Shown here: positions 53,695 to 63,061 of the stretch, one piece after another
Layout of the letters: every line of letters starts with the position of its first letter
Position numbering within the stretch: position 1 is the first letter of the stretch
Sequence record: NC_061440.1
DNA: 64,000 nucleotides
Strand: one strand, 5' to 3'
Program-made: the position numbers and the translations under genes
Notes under the pieces: generated by a model
Databases searched by the model: none
Seen by the model: the letters and a program-made list of their open reading frames with translations, nothing else
Told to the model about the DNA's origin: nothing

Positions 53695-55641
53695 TTACTC
53701 CAGTTTGTACTTGCTCTTAAACTCTGCGAGTCCCATAACAGGGATGCCTTTGTCCATCGCTTTCTGGAGTTTCGCAGAACCAGAGCCAGGGTCTTTTGCG
53801 ATCAGTATCGTCGTATCGGCTTTCATGCTATCAGAAGCAGTACCACCAAGTTCAACGATACGCTTCATCAGGTCGCGATCACGAATGCCTGTGAATGCTA
53901 CGTTAACGCCTTTTAGCTTGGAGCTAACCACTTTCACTTTCTTCGGAGCAACGAGAGTCACGCCCATATTCGCGGCCATCATGTATGACTTAACAGCAGC
54001 TTCTGCGATGGCAGGACCGAGCTTGTCGATGCCGTGCATACCACTAATCTTGAGAACAAGGTCTGCGGTATATCCACGCTTGAGGTAATACTCAAGGTTA
54101 GGAATGGCGTCAACAACTTTGTCGAACGTAGTGTTAGCCCCGCGCATGAAGAATGACGCTGTAGCTTTTAGCCACGTATTCATCGGCACACCAGCTTTCA
54201 ACGCTTTGAGATCTTTAGCCAGTTGACGACCGCGAGAGTCGCCTACGATTTCACGCAGCGCACTCATTGAAGCACTAAACAACTGCTCAGGAGTTTTGAT
54301 GCCTGACTCAACAAGCATCTTACAAGTACCAGGTCCCGTGTTCGCAACGTCCAGTCCTTTCAAGAACGAGCCAAGCATACGAGCATCAGCAGCAGACGAC
54401 TTCGTTTTGACGACGAACTCTACACCACTGATCTTGTACGGCACGCCAGGCAACTTAGGCTTCTTAGCGGGCTTGAGAATCTCCATGATGTATGGGATTA
54501 CCTTACCGCTTCGAATCAACTTAACCTTAGCACCAGGGCCCAGCGGGCGTTTAGGGCCAAGCACTGCACCTTTCTTCTTCGGCTTGAGATAGCCGTGCTC
54601 AACGTAGAAACCGTTGTGCGCAGAAGCACGTTCGACAGTTACACCACCAGGCATAACAGTAGGTGGGAACAGTGCGACAGGAGCCAGTACGCCGTACTTG
54701 GACTCTTGATAGATAACGTCTTTGACAGTCACGATCACCGTGTCCGCTTCAACGTTCATCTTGAACTTAAAGGCATGTCGTGGGTTGCTTGCCGTAGCTT
54801 TCGGCGTGGCCACATCACGAGTCATCACGATGCCGTCGAGTTCATACTTCGCTTTGGCTATACGCTTGTCTAACCAAGGAATGAGTTCTTCCTGATTGTC
54901 GAAACGCAATGGACCAAAGTGACGCACTACCTCGAATCCCCACTTGTCTAACAGTTTGAACTGTTTCGACTGCGAGAGCGTGGCACCTTTACCACCGATG
55001 ATACCGAAGCATACCATGTGGACGTACTTGAACTCTTTAGAAGTTTCAAAGTTACGGATGAGTCCTGACGCAGCGTTACGTGCGGCCTTGAAGCGACCAC
55101 CAGCAGATTCGTGCAGCTTCGCCATAAAGGTCTTGTAGGGAATCAGCGCTTCACAGCGTATAACCACCTGACCCTTTTCTGGGATTTTCTGAGGAATGCG
55201 CATGGCCGGAAGGTGCTGAGACACATCCTTACCGTGAGTAGCATCGCCGCGAGTAAGAGCACGAACAGGCACACCCTTCTCGTAAACGATTTCAATACTC
55301 AAGCCATCGAGCTTATCTGTCAGAATCCAGTCAACGTCTTCGGCCAGAGCCTTAGACAGTTGCTTACCACCGAGCGTATACTGATCGAGACTCGCCATAG
55401 GAACAGGCAGCTTAACATCGGAATCATCACGAGCACCGATCTTACGAGCCAGCTTGGACTTAGGCCAGCGCGTGTCGATATAGCGACGAATATGGTCATA
55501 GACCGCATCCGATATCAAGCCTTCCGAATCAGTGTGGAACGCATCATCAAGATGCGCCACAAGTTTCGTTGTCTGCGTCAGATTGAGCGTGTCCAGAATC
55601 TTATCAGGATTCCTTTCGAGCCGCTTCAATGAGATTTGCAT
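53695..55641 (-). CDS. ligA: NAD+-dependent DNA ligase with C-terminal BRCT
   Basis: Domain Ia ISDAVYD, M.SLD, motif I TDKLDGLS, A.TRGD...G.DV, RNAASG, DGIV, AFKF, RSGKVIPYI, BRCT AFTG.RD...GG...T..L....GS.KLQKA...GIP. Probable start MQISL after a GGAG SD. Confidence 0.92.
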   Translation of the reverse strand: MQISLKRLERNPDKILDTLNLTQTTKLVAHLDDAFHTDSEGLISDAVYDHIRRYIDTRWPKSKLARKIGARDDSDVKLPVPMASLDQYTLGGKQLSKALAEDVDWILTDKLDGLSIEIVYEKGVPVRALTRGDATHGKDVSQHLPAMRIPQKIPEKGQVVIRCEALIPYKTFMAKLHESAGGRFKAARNAASGLIRNFETSKEFKYVHMVCFGIIGGKGATLSQSKQFKLLDKWGFEVVRHFGPLRFDNQEELIPWLDKRIAKAKYELDGIVMTRDVATPKATASNPRHAFKFKMNVEADTVIVTVKDVIYQESKYGVLAPVALFPPTVMPGGVTVERASAHNGFYVEHGYLKPKKKGAVLGPKRPLGPGAKVKLIRSGKVIPYIMEILKPAKKPKLPGVPYKISGVEFVVKTKSSAADARMLGSFLKGLDVANTGPGTCKMLVESGIKTPEQLFSASMSALREIVGDSRGRQLAKDLKALKAGVPMNTWLKATASFFMRGANTTFDKVVDAIPNLEYYLKRGYTADLVLKISGMHGIDKLGPAIAEAAVKSYMMAANMGVTLVAPKKVKVVSSKLKGVNVAFTGIRDRDLMKRIVELGGTASDSMKADTTILIAKDPGSGSAKLQKAMDKGIPVMGLAEFKSKYKLE

Positions 55642-55681
55642 GTTGTTTTCTCCGATCGTCATCAACACTGTTATTTACAGT

Positions 55682-57598
55682 CTAGCTGGCGATTGGGTCT
55701 TTGTTGACAGGATAATCTTCCACCATATCGATCACGCGATTGAACAGCTTAGGCGTCATATCTTTCACATGTTCGGCATAGTCAAAGAGGTTTTGTTTAC
55801 GCGCACGGTTCACACGGACCTGACGCACTTCATCAGGGCTGTTGGTGATATCGTACAGCGTATAGACCACGATATTATCAGAGGCGTTGTGCGTACTAAC
55901 ACGGACGATAACCCAATCACGATTGAGTTTGGCATCTGCTCTGAATCGCAGCACGTCACCTTCTTCCGCTTCTTCTGCGCGAGCATTAGGAGTGGATTTG
56001 TTGGCGGCAGCAATCTTCTTCGCAGTCTCTTTAGCTTCGGCTTCTGCGGCAGCAACGTCAGAGTCTTGGTCTTCCTCTGCGTCATTCTCATCTACCGCGT
56101 CAGTAGCGTCGGCTTCTGGGTCATCATCGGAGGCTTCGTCGTCTTCTGCTCCAGAATCTTCTGAGTCAGCTCCTTCGTCGTCAGCACCTTCATCATCCAC
56201 GGATTCGGAATCATCGTCGGCAGTGTCGTCCTCATTTGATTCATCATCAACATCTGGATCGCTATCGTCAACGTCTTCTTCTGCATCTGGGTCTTCCTCT
56301 TCCTCTTCCTCTTCACCGTCAGTAGAGTCTTCTTCCTCTTCTTCTGGCGCAGGTTTAGCAGGCTTGGCCCCTTTCTTAGGACGCACTTTAGGTGGCGGAG
56401 TATCTTCTTCGTCGTCTTCTGGTTCGTCAATATCAGAAAGGTCGAGCGCAGGTTCTTCGTGGTCTTCTGAATCATCACCACCAAACAGCGAACCTACAGA
56501 ATCTTCGATGTTGAACATGTCGCCTGCAAACGGGCTGCGAGATAACACGTCTTCGAGTTTCTGCTCATCGAAGTCCAGATCGATTTCGACTTCTTCAATC
56601 GCATCGTCCAGTTCTTCGTGCTCGATGACACGCACACGCTTACCACGTTTGTCGATACCATCTTCGTAGACAGTGCGCACTTCTGCTTTAGGCGCTTCGA
56701 TCTCACCGGACTTAACCTTGCTACGCAGGTCTTTCATCTCGGCAGCACGGGCCTGTTGCTTTTTGCGTGTCTCTTTCGCCAGCTCTTTACGCTGCTGCTT
56801 TTGCTCAAGAATTTTCGCGTTGTTGGCGAGGCGTACAGCTTCTTCCTCTTCCAGTTGCGAGCGCTTACGATGACGACGCACCTGCTTGCGATATGCTTTC
56901 AGTGTATCAATGTCCACATCACCTTTCGGCCAATCATTGAAAGGCAGAATGTTGGTGTCGTGAACAAGCAGATCGTATTGTGCGTCATCAATCTTAACGA
57001 ACAGGCCTTCGGTGTTAATGACCACACCACCTTTACCTTGTCGCAAGAAGCGTACACCGATCATGTCGTTTTTGTACAGCTTGAGCATACCCTTAGAAGT
57101 CTTAATAGGATATTCCATGCTCGGAACCATACGCCACTGATAGTTATCGAAGTTAACACCGTACACAGCCTCAGACTTCACAGACTTAGGCGAAAAGCGG
57201 GCAGCATCGAACTGCACACGATTGATTTGACGCTGCATGGTTTTAGCGCCAGCAGTCTTCGTGCGCGTTTCACGTTGAACAACATCGGGGACCTTGCGCA
57301 GTTTGGAGCTACGCTCAATCAGGAACAGGCCTGTTGTTTTATCGAGAGGGAAGTCAACGTGAGGCATGTCGGCAAAGATTAATGTGTAGCGACCGCCATT
57401 GCGCAGCGGGAGAATGCCGAAAGTATCTCCATCACGAATCATACGCTTATGAGTTCGTTGGGATACTTCCTTGCCGCGTGAACCTTTATACTTCATCCAC
57501 GCGTACTTCGTTACTGCATCTTCATGAGATGCGGACACGGAAAGTATCATGTTCTTGTCTCTATGTTGTCTGTCACTCATTGAAATTAGCTTACGCAA
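55682..57598 (-). CDS. Hypothetical protein with two SH3-like paralogous domains, a coiled coil and an acidic tract (~620-638 aa)
   Basis: Probable start at ATG 57580 or 57550 (MILSVSAS). Contains WMKYKG...GDTFGI...YTL...D.P..DF.LD and a D/E-rich linker. Confidence 0.75.
   Translation of the reverse strand: MRKLISMSDRQHRDKNMILSVSASHEDAVTKYAWMKYKGSRGKEVSQRTHKRMIRDGDTFGILPLRNGGRYTLIFADMPHVDFPLDKTTGLFLIERSSKLRKVPDVVQRETRTKTAGAKTMQRQINRVQFDAARFSPKSVKSEAVYGVNFDNYQWRMVPSMEYPIKTSKGMLKLYKNDMIGVRFLRQGKGGVVINTEGLFVKIDDAQYDLLVHDTNILPFNDWPKGDVDIDTLKAYRKQVRRHRKRSQLEEEEAVRLANNAKILEQKQQRKELAKETRKKQQARAAEMKDLRSKVKSGEIEAPKAEVRTVYEDGIDKRGKRVRVIEHEELDDAIEEVEIDLDFDEQKLEDVLSRSPFAGDMFNIEDSVGSLFGGDDSEDHEEPALDLSDIDEPEDDEEDTPPPKVRPKKGAKPAKPAPEEEEEDSTDGEEEEEEEDPDAEEDVDDSDPDVDDESNEDDTADDDSESVDDEGADDEGADSEDSGAEDDEASDDDPEADATDAVDENDAEEDQDSDVAAAEAEAKETAKKIAAANKSTPNARAEEAEEGDVLRFRADAKLNRDWVIVRVSTHNASDNIVVYTLYDITNSPDEVRQVRVNRARKQNLFDYAEHVKDMTPKLFNRVIDMVEDYPVNKDPIAS
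57583..57590 (-). promoter_or_regulatory. GCTAATTT motif (candidate late promoter)
   Basis: Directly after a hairpin terminator and upstream of the ATG starts at 57580 and 57550. Confidence 0.6.
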
Positions 57599-57600
57599 GG

Positions 57601-57626
57601 TAAAGCGGGGATTAACCCCCGCTTAA
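57601..57626 (-). terminator. Hairpin terminator after the 1395-aa gene
   Basis: AAGCGGGG-GTTAAT-CCCCGCTT followed by a short U-tract. Confidence 0.6.
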
Positions 57627-60600
57627 ATACCCTCTTGCAGCACATGACATAGAGCCACAAGATTCTTCGCACACGGTGATTTGTGCCCACGTCCAGTAAC
57701 CGTTAGGCTGCTGAATCGCATACACCACAGACGGATCAAAGCCCCAGACCTGCGTAGCATTTTGAAGTGCCAGCAATTCTGTTTCGAAATAACCTTCTTC
57801 GAGTGGCTTATCAATTGAACCGTGGTTAGGCTCAACAGTCCATGCCTCAACTACAGGCGCAACAACAGCATACGACTTGTTGTTGTCTGCTTTACGTGAC
57901 GTCCTAATCTCGACTGAAATAGGAGGACGTGTTGCAGGTGCGCCTGGAGTACGAGCAACAGGAATGATTCTCGGCGCCTTGATAAGATCAGGCTCAAGTA
58001 CATCCGTGTCGATTTGAGGCGCACTTTGAATGAACTTACCTTCTATCAGATGCAGATAGACAGTCGGCGCATCCTTAGAAGACGGCTTCGCAACGTCAAC
58101 AGGCGCAGCAATCAGCTTGAGTTGTTCGAACTCACCAGCAGCAGGACTCACAGGGTACTTAACAATATGCTCCATACGCACAGGCGTAGCTGGGCCATAG
58201 TGATAGATCTGTGAAGGCTGCAACCAACGAGTGAACGGGATCTCAGGCATGAACAGCACGGCCGGATGGTAGTCAGGATCGACATACTTCGCGGTCATCG
58301 TCTTGGCTTTATATGTCACATAAGCAGGGCGCCACAGAGGACGTGCCCAACCCACATGATAAATAGCAGACGGCTCAACGTACTGCGGACCGAATGCTTC
58401 TGGATGGAACAGTCCACCGAGATTAGCCTGACGCGGCTCTGTCATACCCTGCTGGAACAAGCCACCAGCATTTACCTTCTTGACCTCAAGCGCGTCTACT
58501 GGATAGTTGCCTTTCGTATCAGCAAATCGAGGCAGAATTTGGTCAGACTTCGTTTTAACACCAGTACGATACACAGGGTCTCGAAGATCGAAATACTGTG
58601 GCGCATCGTCCATGTGCTCAACAAAATTGTTGATGAACGTGTCATTGACCGTAGCAACATCGGTGGCGAAGGTCGGCCAGAACCAATCAGAAACAACATC
58701 ATCACCTACAGTCGCTTCAAACAACGGGAAATCCGTTGCAGTATCGACCTGTCCTTGCGTCAGTTCAAACAGAGGGAATGTAGCAGTCGATGCACCTTCG
58801 TTCGTGCCAATGAAAGCAGGAAGAGGCGTAGTGACGACAACATCCTTCTGACCCTCAGTGAGTTCAAATAGAGGGAAGTTATCAGACGCAAGTGCTGGCG
58901 CTTCTGTCAGTTCAAACAGAGGGAATCGGTCGTAGATGATATCCGAACGGTCAATCAAATCGGCCATGCGGAAGTTATCCACAAAGTCCTTATGACCAGT
59001 ATCGAAGGGAATGACTTCGATAACCTGCACAACGTCACGATCTCCAGTAGCGATCACACGGTCAGCAGCACCCACAGCGTGAGTAGCAGCGTCTTCGAAG
59101 TCAAGCCACTGTAGTTGAACATCCAGCTCAGGGTCGTACACAGGCGTGAGGACAATGTTCTGGTCAGACGCAGCAACATAGGTCTTAGCGTCCAACACAG
59201 ACACTGCATCGGTGGTAGCGTCCAGATAGGACACGTCAAACAACTGAACAGAGTCAGTGCCATAAGCTGTGTACGTCGGGTCGACCGTCATGTTGTACAG
59301 CCAGCCAACTGACGCATCACCGAACTTCAACGAGTGAGGTTGATTCTGCGAAGGCAAGCCGTAGATCTTGAGCATCGTGTCCGCACATTCGAACGGACCT
59401 ACTACAAGGCCTTGCTCTTTGTACACACCACGACTATCAAGCTCTTGCTCAACACGCACACCATCAATGTCCAGCAGCATACCCGCAGGAACCGTGAAGT
59501 ACGTCCAGAAGTTATCTGGAATGTTGTCGATGAAGAACGTACCGCTGTTGTCCATGACATAACGTTCAGCACGTTTAGCAGCAGGCACCGTGCCTAGCCA
59601 TTGCTTGTCAGCCCACACATACCATTCATAAGTGAACTGGTCTGAATGGAACTTAACGGCATACTGCTTGTTCTCTTTGGGCGCGAACTTAATGCTGGTA
59701 CTTGCGCCAACGGCCAGAGTAATCGTCTGCGTACCGTTCGGGAATACAGCATCGGTATCAGTGATTGTCAAGACCAAAGGGATGGTGCCTGTGTTCTTCA
59801 TCGCATCAGACTGGACTTCTTTGCCAACAGGCACGTATGCCCAGTGACGTCCAACATCCAATTGCGCTTCGACGATAGTGAACACGCTGAAACGAGAAGT
59901 GCCTTGTCCTACATCAACATCAATGCGGGAGGTATCGTTCTCATGCAGAATCTCAAAGCCGAGTGTCTGATTGTTACGGATAAGCACAGGCATTGCTGTC
60001 TCTACACCGTTAACGAAGATCTTCACACGACTGTAATCTTCCACACCATCGACAAACACTTTCACAGGAACGGACACGTTGATGCCAGTGATGGCCACGT
60101 CTTCCGTACGGTTCCATGTGTCGTTATCAACACCAACGATGTTCTGCCACGAGAAAGCATTAGGCGTATCGTCAGCTTTCATCTCAAACTGGTAGACAGT
60201 ATGACCGATTGTAATCGGGAACGATGAGCTGGTGATGTACTCATGGCTTAACGTGATAGTGACTTCCTGCCCATCATACACTTTGGTCACAGGCACGGTC
60301 GTAACCGTAGTAACCTCTTTACCGTCTACGATATCAGTCGTGGTGACGTCAATAGTTGCAGCAACAGTAACGCCAGCAGGCGCAGTGATAGGCAGAGGAA
60401 TATCAGGGTCGCCAGCATCGACGAGAACCTTGAACTTGACAGTCGGACCAAGCTGGACAGAAGACAAGTCAGGCCACACGATATCGTAATTGCGAATCGC
60501 CAAATGCTTCAAGCCAGTAGTCGGCCGCGCAACGTAATAGAACAGGCGATCATACGTGTCGGCTTGAGTGTACGACGGAGTGATGAGTTCTATGTATGGC

Positions 60601-61799
60601 CAACCAGAACGAGTCTGCGTAGGTGTTTCAGCAGATGCGAAGTTGAACAGTGCGTTACTACCGTTCGTGTCCATACCTGAAACGAGCTTACCACCCTTAT
60701 CAGTCCATGCAGCAGTCGTGTTAAACACAACGAGGTCGTTAGCGACAAGTGGACGAGCCGCTACGTTCTGAACGTTGTCTCGCAGGTTGAACTGATAAAT
60801 GTTTGTACCGTCATGACCGAGCACCAACAATGAACTCGGAACGAACTGGTACCAGAAGACAGACGCAGGAGCAGCGGCAGTGTTACCGCCCACCAGCTTG
60901 CCGTCTAATGTTGACAGCACATCGTAGCTGTCTGAGCCGTTAACGTAGAACTGGTCTGACTTAACAGAAGTCTCTACGAAAGATGCGTTAAGGTAATGCG
61001 CACGGCCATCTTTATCGAAAGCCACATAGCTATCGACTGTGTTTGTACCGACGCCAGCACGACGACAGATAACGCGATTGACTTCGTAGCCTAACTGCTT
61101 AGGTTCACCGAACTGCGTCATCGCTTCATCGAGAACATCAACCTGACCAGACGTGTGGAAGACTACCGCGCTGCGTTTGTTGTTCGTGTCGTAACTGACT
61201 TTATAGCCAGCGATATCAACGTCATCCATGCTGCCGAACACTTTCGTATTCGAAGCATCACCGTCAGTGTGCAGATAGTACAGTCGGCGGCCTTGACGGT
61301 CATGTACGATAGATATTGGTTTGGTTAAATCAAAGAACGTACCTTCAAAGTCCGAGAACTTCGCTACGCTACTTTGCTGCATGTCCTGTGTGGTAGGGAT
61401 GCGCACACCGCCACCGAGAACAAGACCACCATAGGTAGGATTGAGTGCGCCGCCAAGTGGCATAGCATCCATACCCTGTGTGACTAAACGATAGTCCAGC
61501 TCTTTCGTCTGCGGTCTGACAAAGATGCGAGACAGTGAATGCACAAGCACCCACGTATCACCGTCAAGATAATACAGCACAACAGGTTGCGTAGCAGCGG
61601 CAGAGACCGTTACGTTAGCACTAAGACTAACATCATAGTCAGAGCCTGAACTCGGCGTGATATCTTTCTCTGTGGAAGCATCAGCAAATGTTCCGCCAAC
61701 AACACGGAACTTGAGTGCGTCAGTATGGCCGTTAACTGAAACAGTACCAGACCAAGACTGCGCACCCGTCGCTGATACGACAGGAATCATTTCAGCCAT
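57612..61799 (-). CDS. Large virion fibre-like protein (1395 aa)
   Basis: GAGG SD. Beta-propeller-like N-half, DDTPNAFSW...ITGINV Ig-like unit, internal FPLFELT repeats and a Cys-rich C-terminus. Confidence 0.7.
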   Translation of the reverse strand: MAEMIPVVSATGAQSWSGTVSVNGHTDALKFRVVGGTFADASTEKDITPSSGSDYDVSLSANVTVSAAATQPVVLYYLDGDTWVLVHSLSRIFVRPQTKELDYRLVTQGMDAMPLGGALNPTYGGLVLGGGVRIPTTQDMQQSSVAKFSDFEGTFFDLTKPISIVHDRQGRRLYYLHTDGDASNTKVFGSMDDVDIAGYKVSYDTNNKRSAVVFHTSGQVDVLDEAMTQFGEPKQLGYEVNRVICRRAGVGTNTVDSYVAFDKDGRAHYLNASFVETSVKSDQFYVNGSDSYDVLSTLDGKLVGGNTAAAPASVFWYQFVPSSLLVLGHDGTNIYQFNLRDNVQNVAARPLVANDLVVFNTTAAWTDKGGKLVSGMDTNGSNALFNFASAETPTQTRSGWPYIELITPSYTQADTYDRLFYYVARPTTGLKHLAIRNYDIVWPDLSSVQLGPTVKFKVLVDAGDPDIPLPITAPAGVTVAATIDVTTTDIVDGKEVTTVTTVPVTKVYDGQEVTITLSHEYITSSSFPITIGHTVYQFEMKADDTPNAFSWQNIVGVDNDTWNRTEDVAITGINVSVPVKVFVDGVEDYSRVKIFVNGVETAMPVLIRNNQTLGFEILHENDTSRIDVDVGQGTSRFSVFTIVEAQLDVGRHWAYVPVGKEVQSDAMKNTGTIPLVLTITDTDAVFPNGTQTITLAVGASTSIKFAPKENKQYAVKFHSDQFTYEWYVWADKQWLGTVPAAKRAERYVMDNSGTFFIDNIPDNFWTYFTVPAGMLLDIDGVRVEQELDSRGVYKEQGLVVGPFECADTMLKIYGLPSQNQPHSLKFGDASVGWLYNMTVDPTYTAYGTDSVQLFDVSYLDATTDAVSVLDAKTYVAASDQNIVLTPVYDPELDVQLQWLDFEDAATHAVGAADRVIATGDRDVVQVIEVIPFDTGHKDFVDNFRMADLIDRSDIIYDRFPLFELTEAPALASDNFPLFELTEGQKDVVVTTPLPAFIGTNEGASTATFPLFELTQGQVDTATDFPLFEATVGDDVVSDWFWPTFATDVATVNDTFINNFVEHMDDAPQYFDLRDPVYRTGVKTKSDQILPRFADTKGNYPVDALEVKKVNAGGLFQQGMTEPRQANLGGLFHPEAFGPQYVEPSAIYHVGWARPLWRPAYVTYKAKTMTAKYVDPDYHPAVLFMPEIPFTRWLQPSQIYHYGPATPVRMEHIVKYPVSPAAGEFEQLKLIAAPVDVAKPSSKDAPTVYLHLIEGKFIQSAPQIDTDVLEPDLIKAPRIIPVARTPGAPATRPPISVEIRTSRKADNNKSYAVVAPVVEAWTVEPNHGSIDKPLEEGYFETELLALQNATQVWGFDPSVVYAIQQPNGYWTWAQITVCEESCGSMSCAARGYLSGG

Positions 61800-61817
61800 T
61801 GTTCACCTCACGATGTA

Positions 61818-61846
61818 GAAACGAAAAAGGGCGGCCGAAGCCACCC
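61818..61846 (-). terminator. Rho-independent terminator
   Basis: GGGTGGC-TTCG-GCCGCCC-TTTTT. Confidence 0.85.
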
Positions 61847-61860
61847 TGTGAGGAATAGGC

Positions 61861-63042
61861 TTAGCCGCCTGTTACTTCTGGTTCTTTGTAACCCTGCAGG
61901 AAGAAGATACGCATACCGGTGTTGTTCGGACTGTTAGCAGTCAGAGCTTTGTAGGTACGTTTCTTCGGCGTGCTGCCGTCATCTTCCATTTCGTTGTACA
62001 CCTGCACGTCGATCAGGGTACCGTTGGAGATAACGTCAGAAGACGCGTAACCCACGATATCCATTTCGTACGGATAGCTGTAGCGCTGGGTGTTGAAGCC
62101 AGCAGGCAGACGGAAATCGAAGTGGTTATCTTCGGAGAACGGAACCATCTGGTACGGGTTGATAACCGCGTAGCTATCAGCACTGTGTACGTGCGCTGGT
62201 ACTGGCAGAGTCGGCGCGTTCACATCAGACTCACGCACGGTGTAGCGCATGATCTGGAACGAGCCTGGGCTGTTAGTCGCAGGACGAACTTCCAGATCGT
62301 TGTTGATAGAGCCGCCGCCGTTAACAGAGAACATGCAGAACAGAGGCGCTTTACCATCGACGACAACAGATCCATCAGAGTTGATAGCACGTTGAACTAC
62401 CAGCCATGCACCACGGCAACCATCAGAGTCACGACCTTCAACTGCGAGATGCAGAGCGAAGCCATGCTCAGTCAGAGAGATGTGGTAGGTGAACGGTGAT
62501 GCTTCTGGGTCTGCCCAAATCAGGCTGTCTGGGTTCTGCTGGCCAGCAGTGGCGTTGGTGGCGTTGGTTGGGTACGCCATGGTGCCGCCATAGTAAACAG
62601 CGCCGTTACTGTTTGCAATGCCACGGTGCCAGAAACACACATCGTAGTCGCCAGTAGTACCACCAGTGTTACCATTAAAGCGAGCACCGACCTGACCAGC
62701 ATACTCAGGGAAAGAAGTACCGCCAACAGTAACAGTACCCGTCTTAGCGATGGTGCCTGTGTCAGAGATCTGCTCCGGGGCAGCAACGTACAAGTTGGTA
62801 CGCTTATCAGTGACTTTACAAGCTACACGCCAGCGCTGTTTGCCTGCACCAGTACCAGCCAACGGATCGATAGTCGAAGTAGCTTCAATAACGAATGAAG
62901 CCAGGTCAGTGGACGGAATCGTCGAGGCGACGGTACCGTTAACGCTCACCAGCTGGAAACCATTATCCACCAAATCCTGAAGGATAGATTTCCACATCTT
63001 GATGTTGCTGGTGAAGCCAGATTTCACAATCAGTTTGTTCAT
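61861..63042 (-). CDS. Virion structural protein, paralog family member (393 aa)
   Basis: Strong codon bias. Shares P.TY....T.HG.AL.....G.D..G....W.V.QR, PLFC.FS..GG, I.R.TV.E, INP.Q.V, YP..LD..GY.S.DV.S.G and GMR with the neighbouring gene. Confidence 0.75.
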   Translation of the reverse strand: MNKLIVKSGFTSNIKMWKSILQDLVDNGFQLVSVNGTVASTIPSTDLASFVIEATSTIDPLAGTGAGKQRWRVACKVTDKRTNLYVAAPEQISDTGTIAKTGTVTVGGTSFPEYAGQVGARFNGNTGGTTGDYDVCFWHRGIANSNGAVYYGGTMAYPTNATNATAGQQNPDSLIWADPEASPFTYHISLTEHGFALHLAVEGRDSDGCRGAWLVVQRAINSDGSVVVDGKAPLFCMFSVNGGGSINNDLEVRPATNSPGSFQIMRYTVRESDVNAPTLPVPAHVHSADSYAVINPYQMVPFSEDNHFDFRLPAGFNTQRYSYPYEMDIVGYASSDVISNGTLIDVQVYNEMEDDGSTPKKRTYKALTANSPNNTGMRIFFLQGYKEPEVTGG

Positions 63043-63061
63043 GAGTCGTTATCCCCTAATA

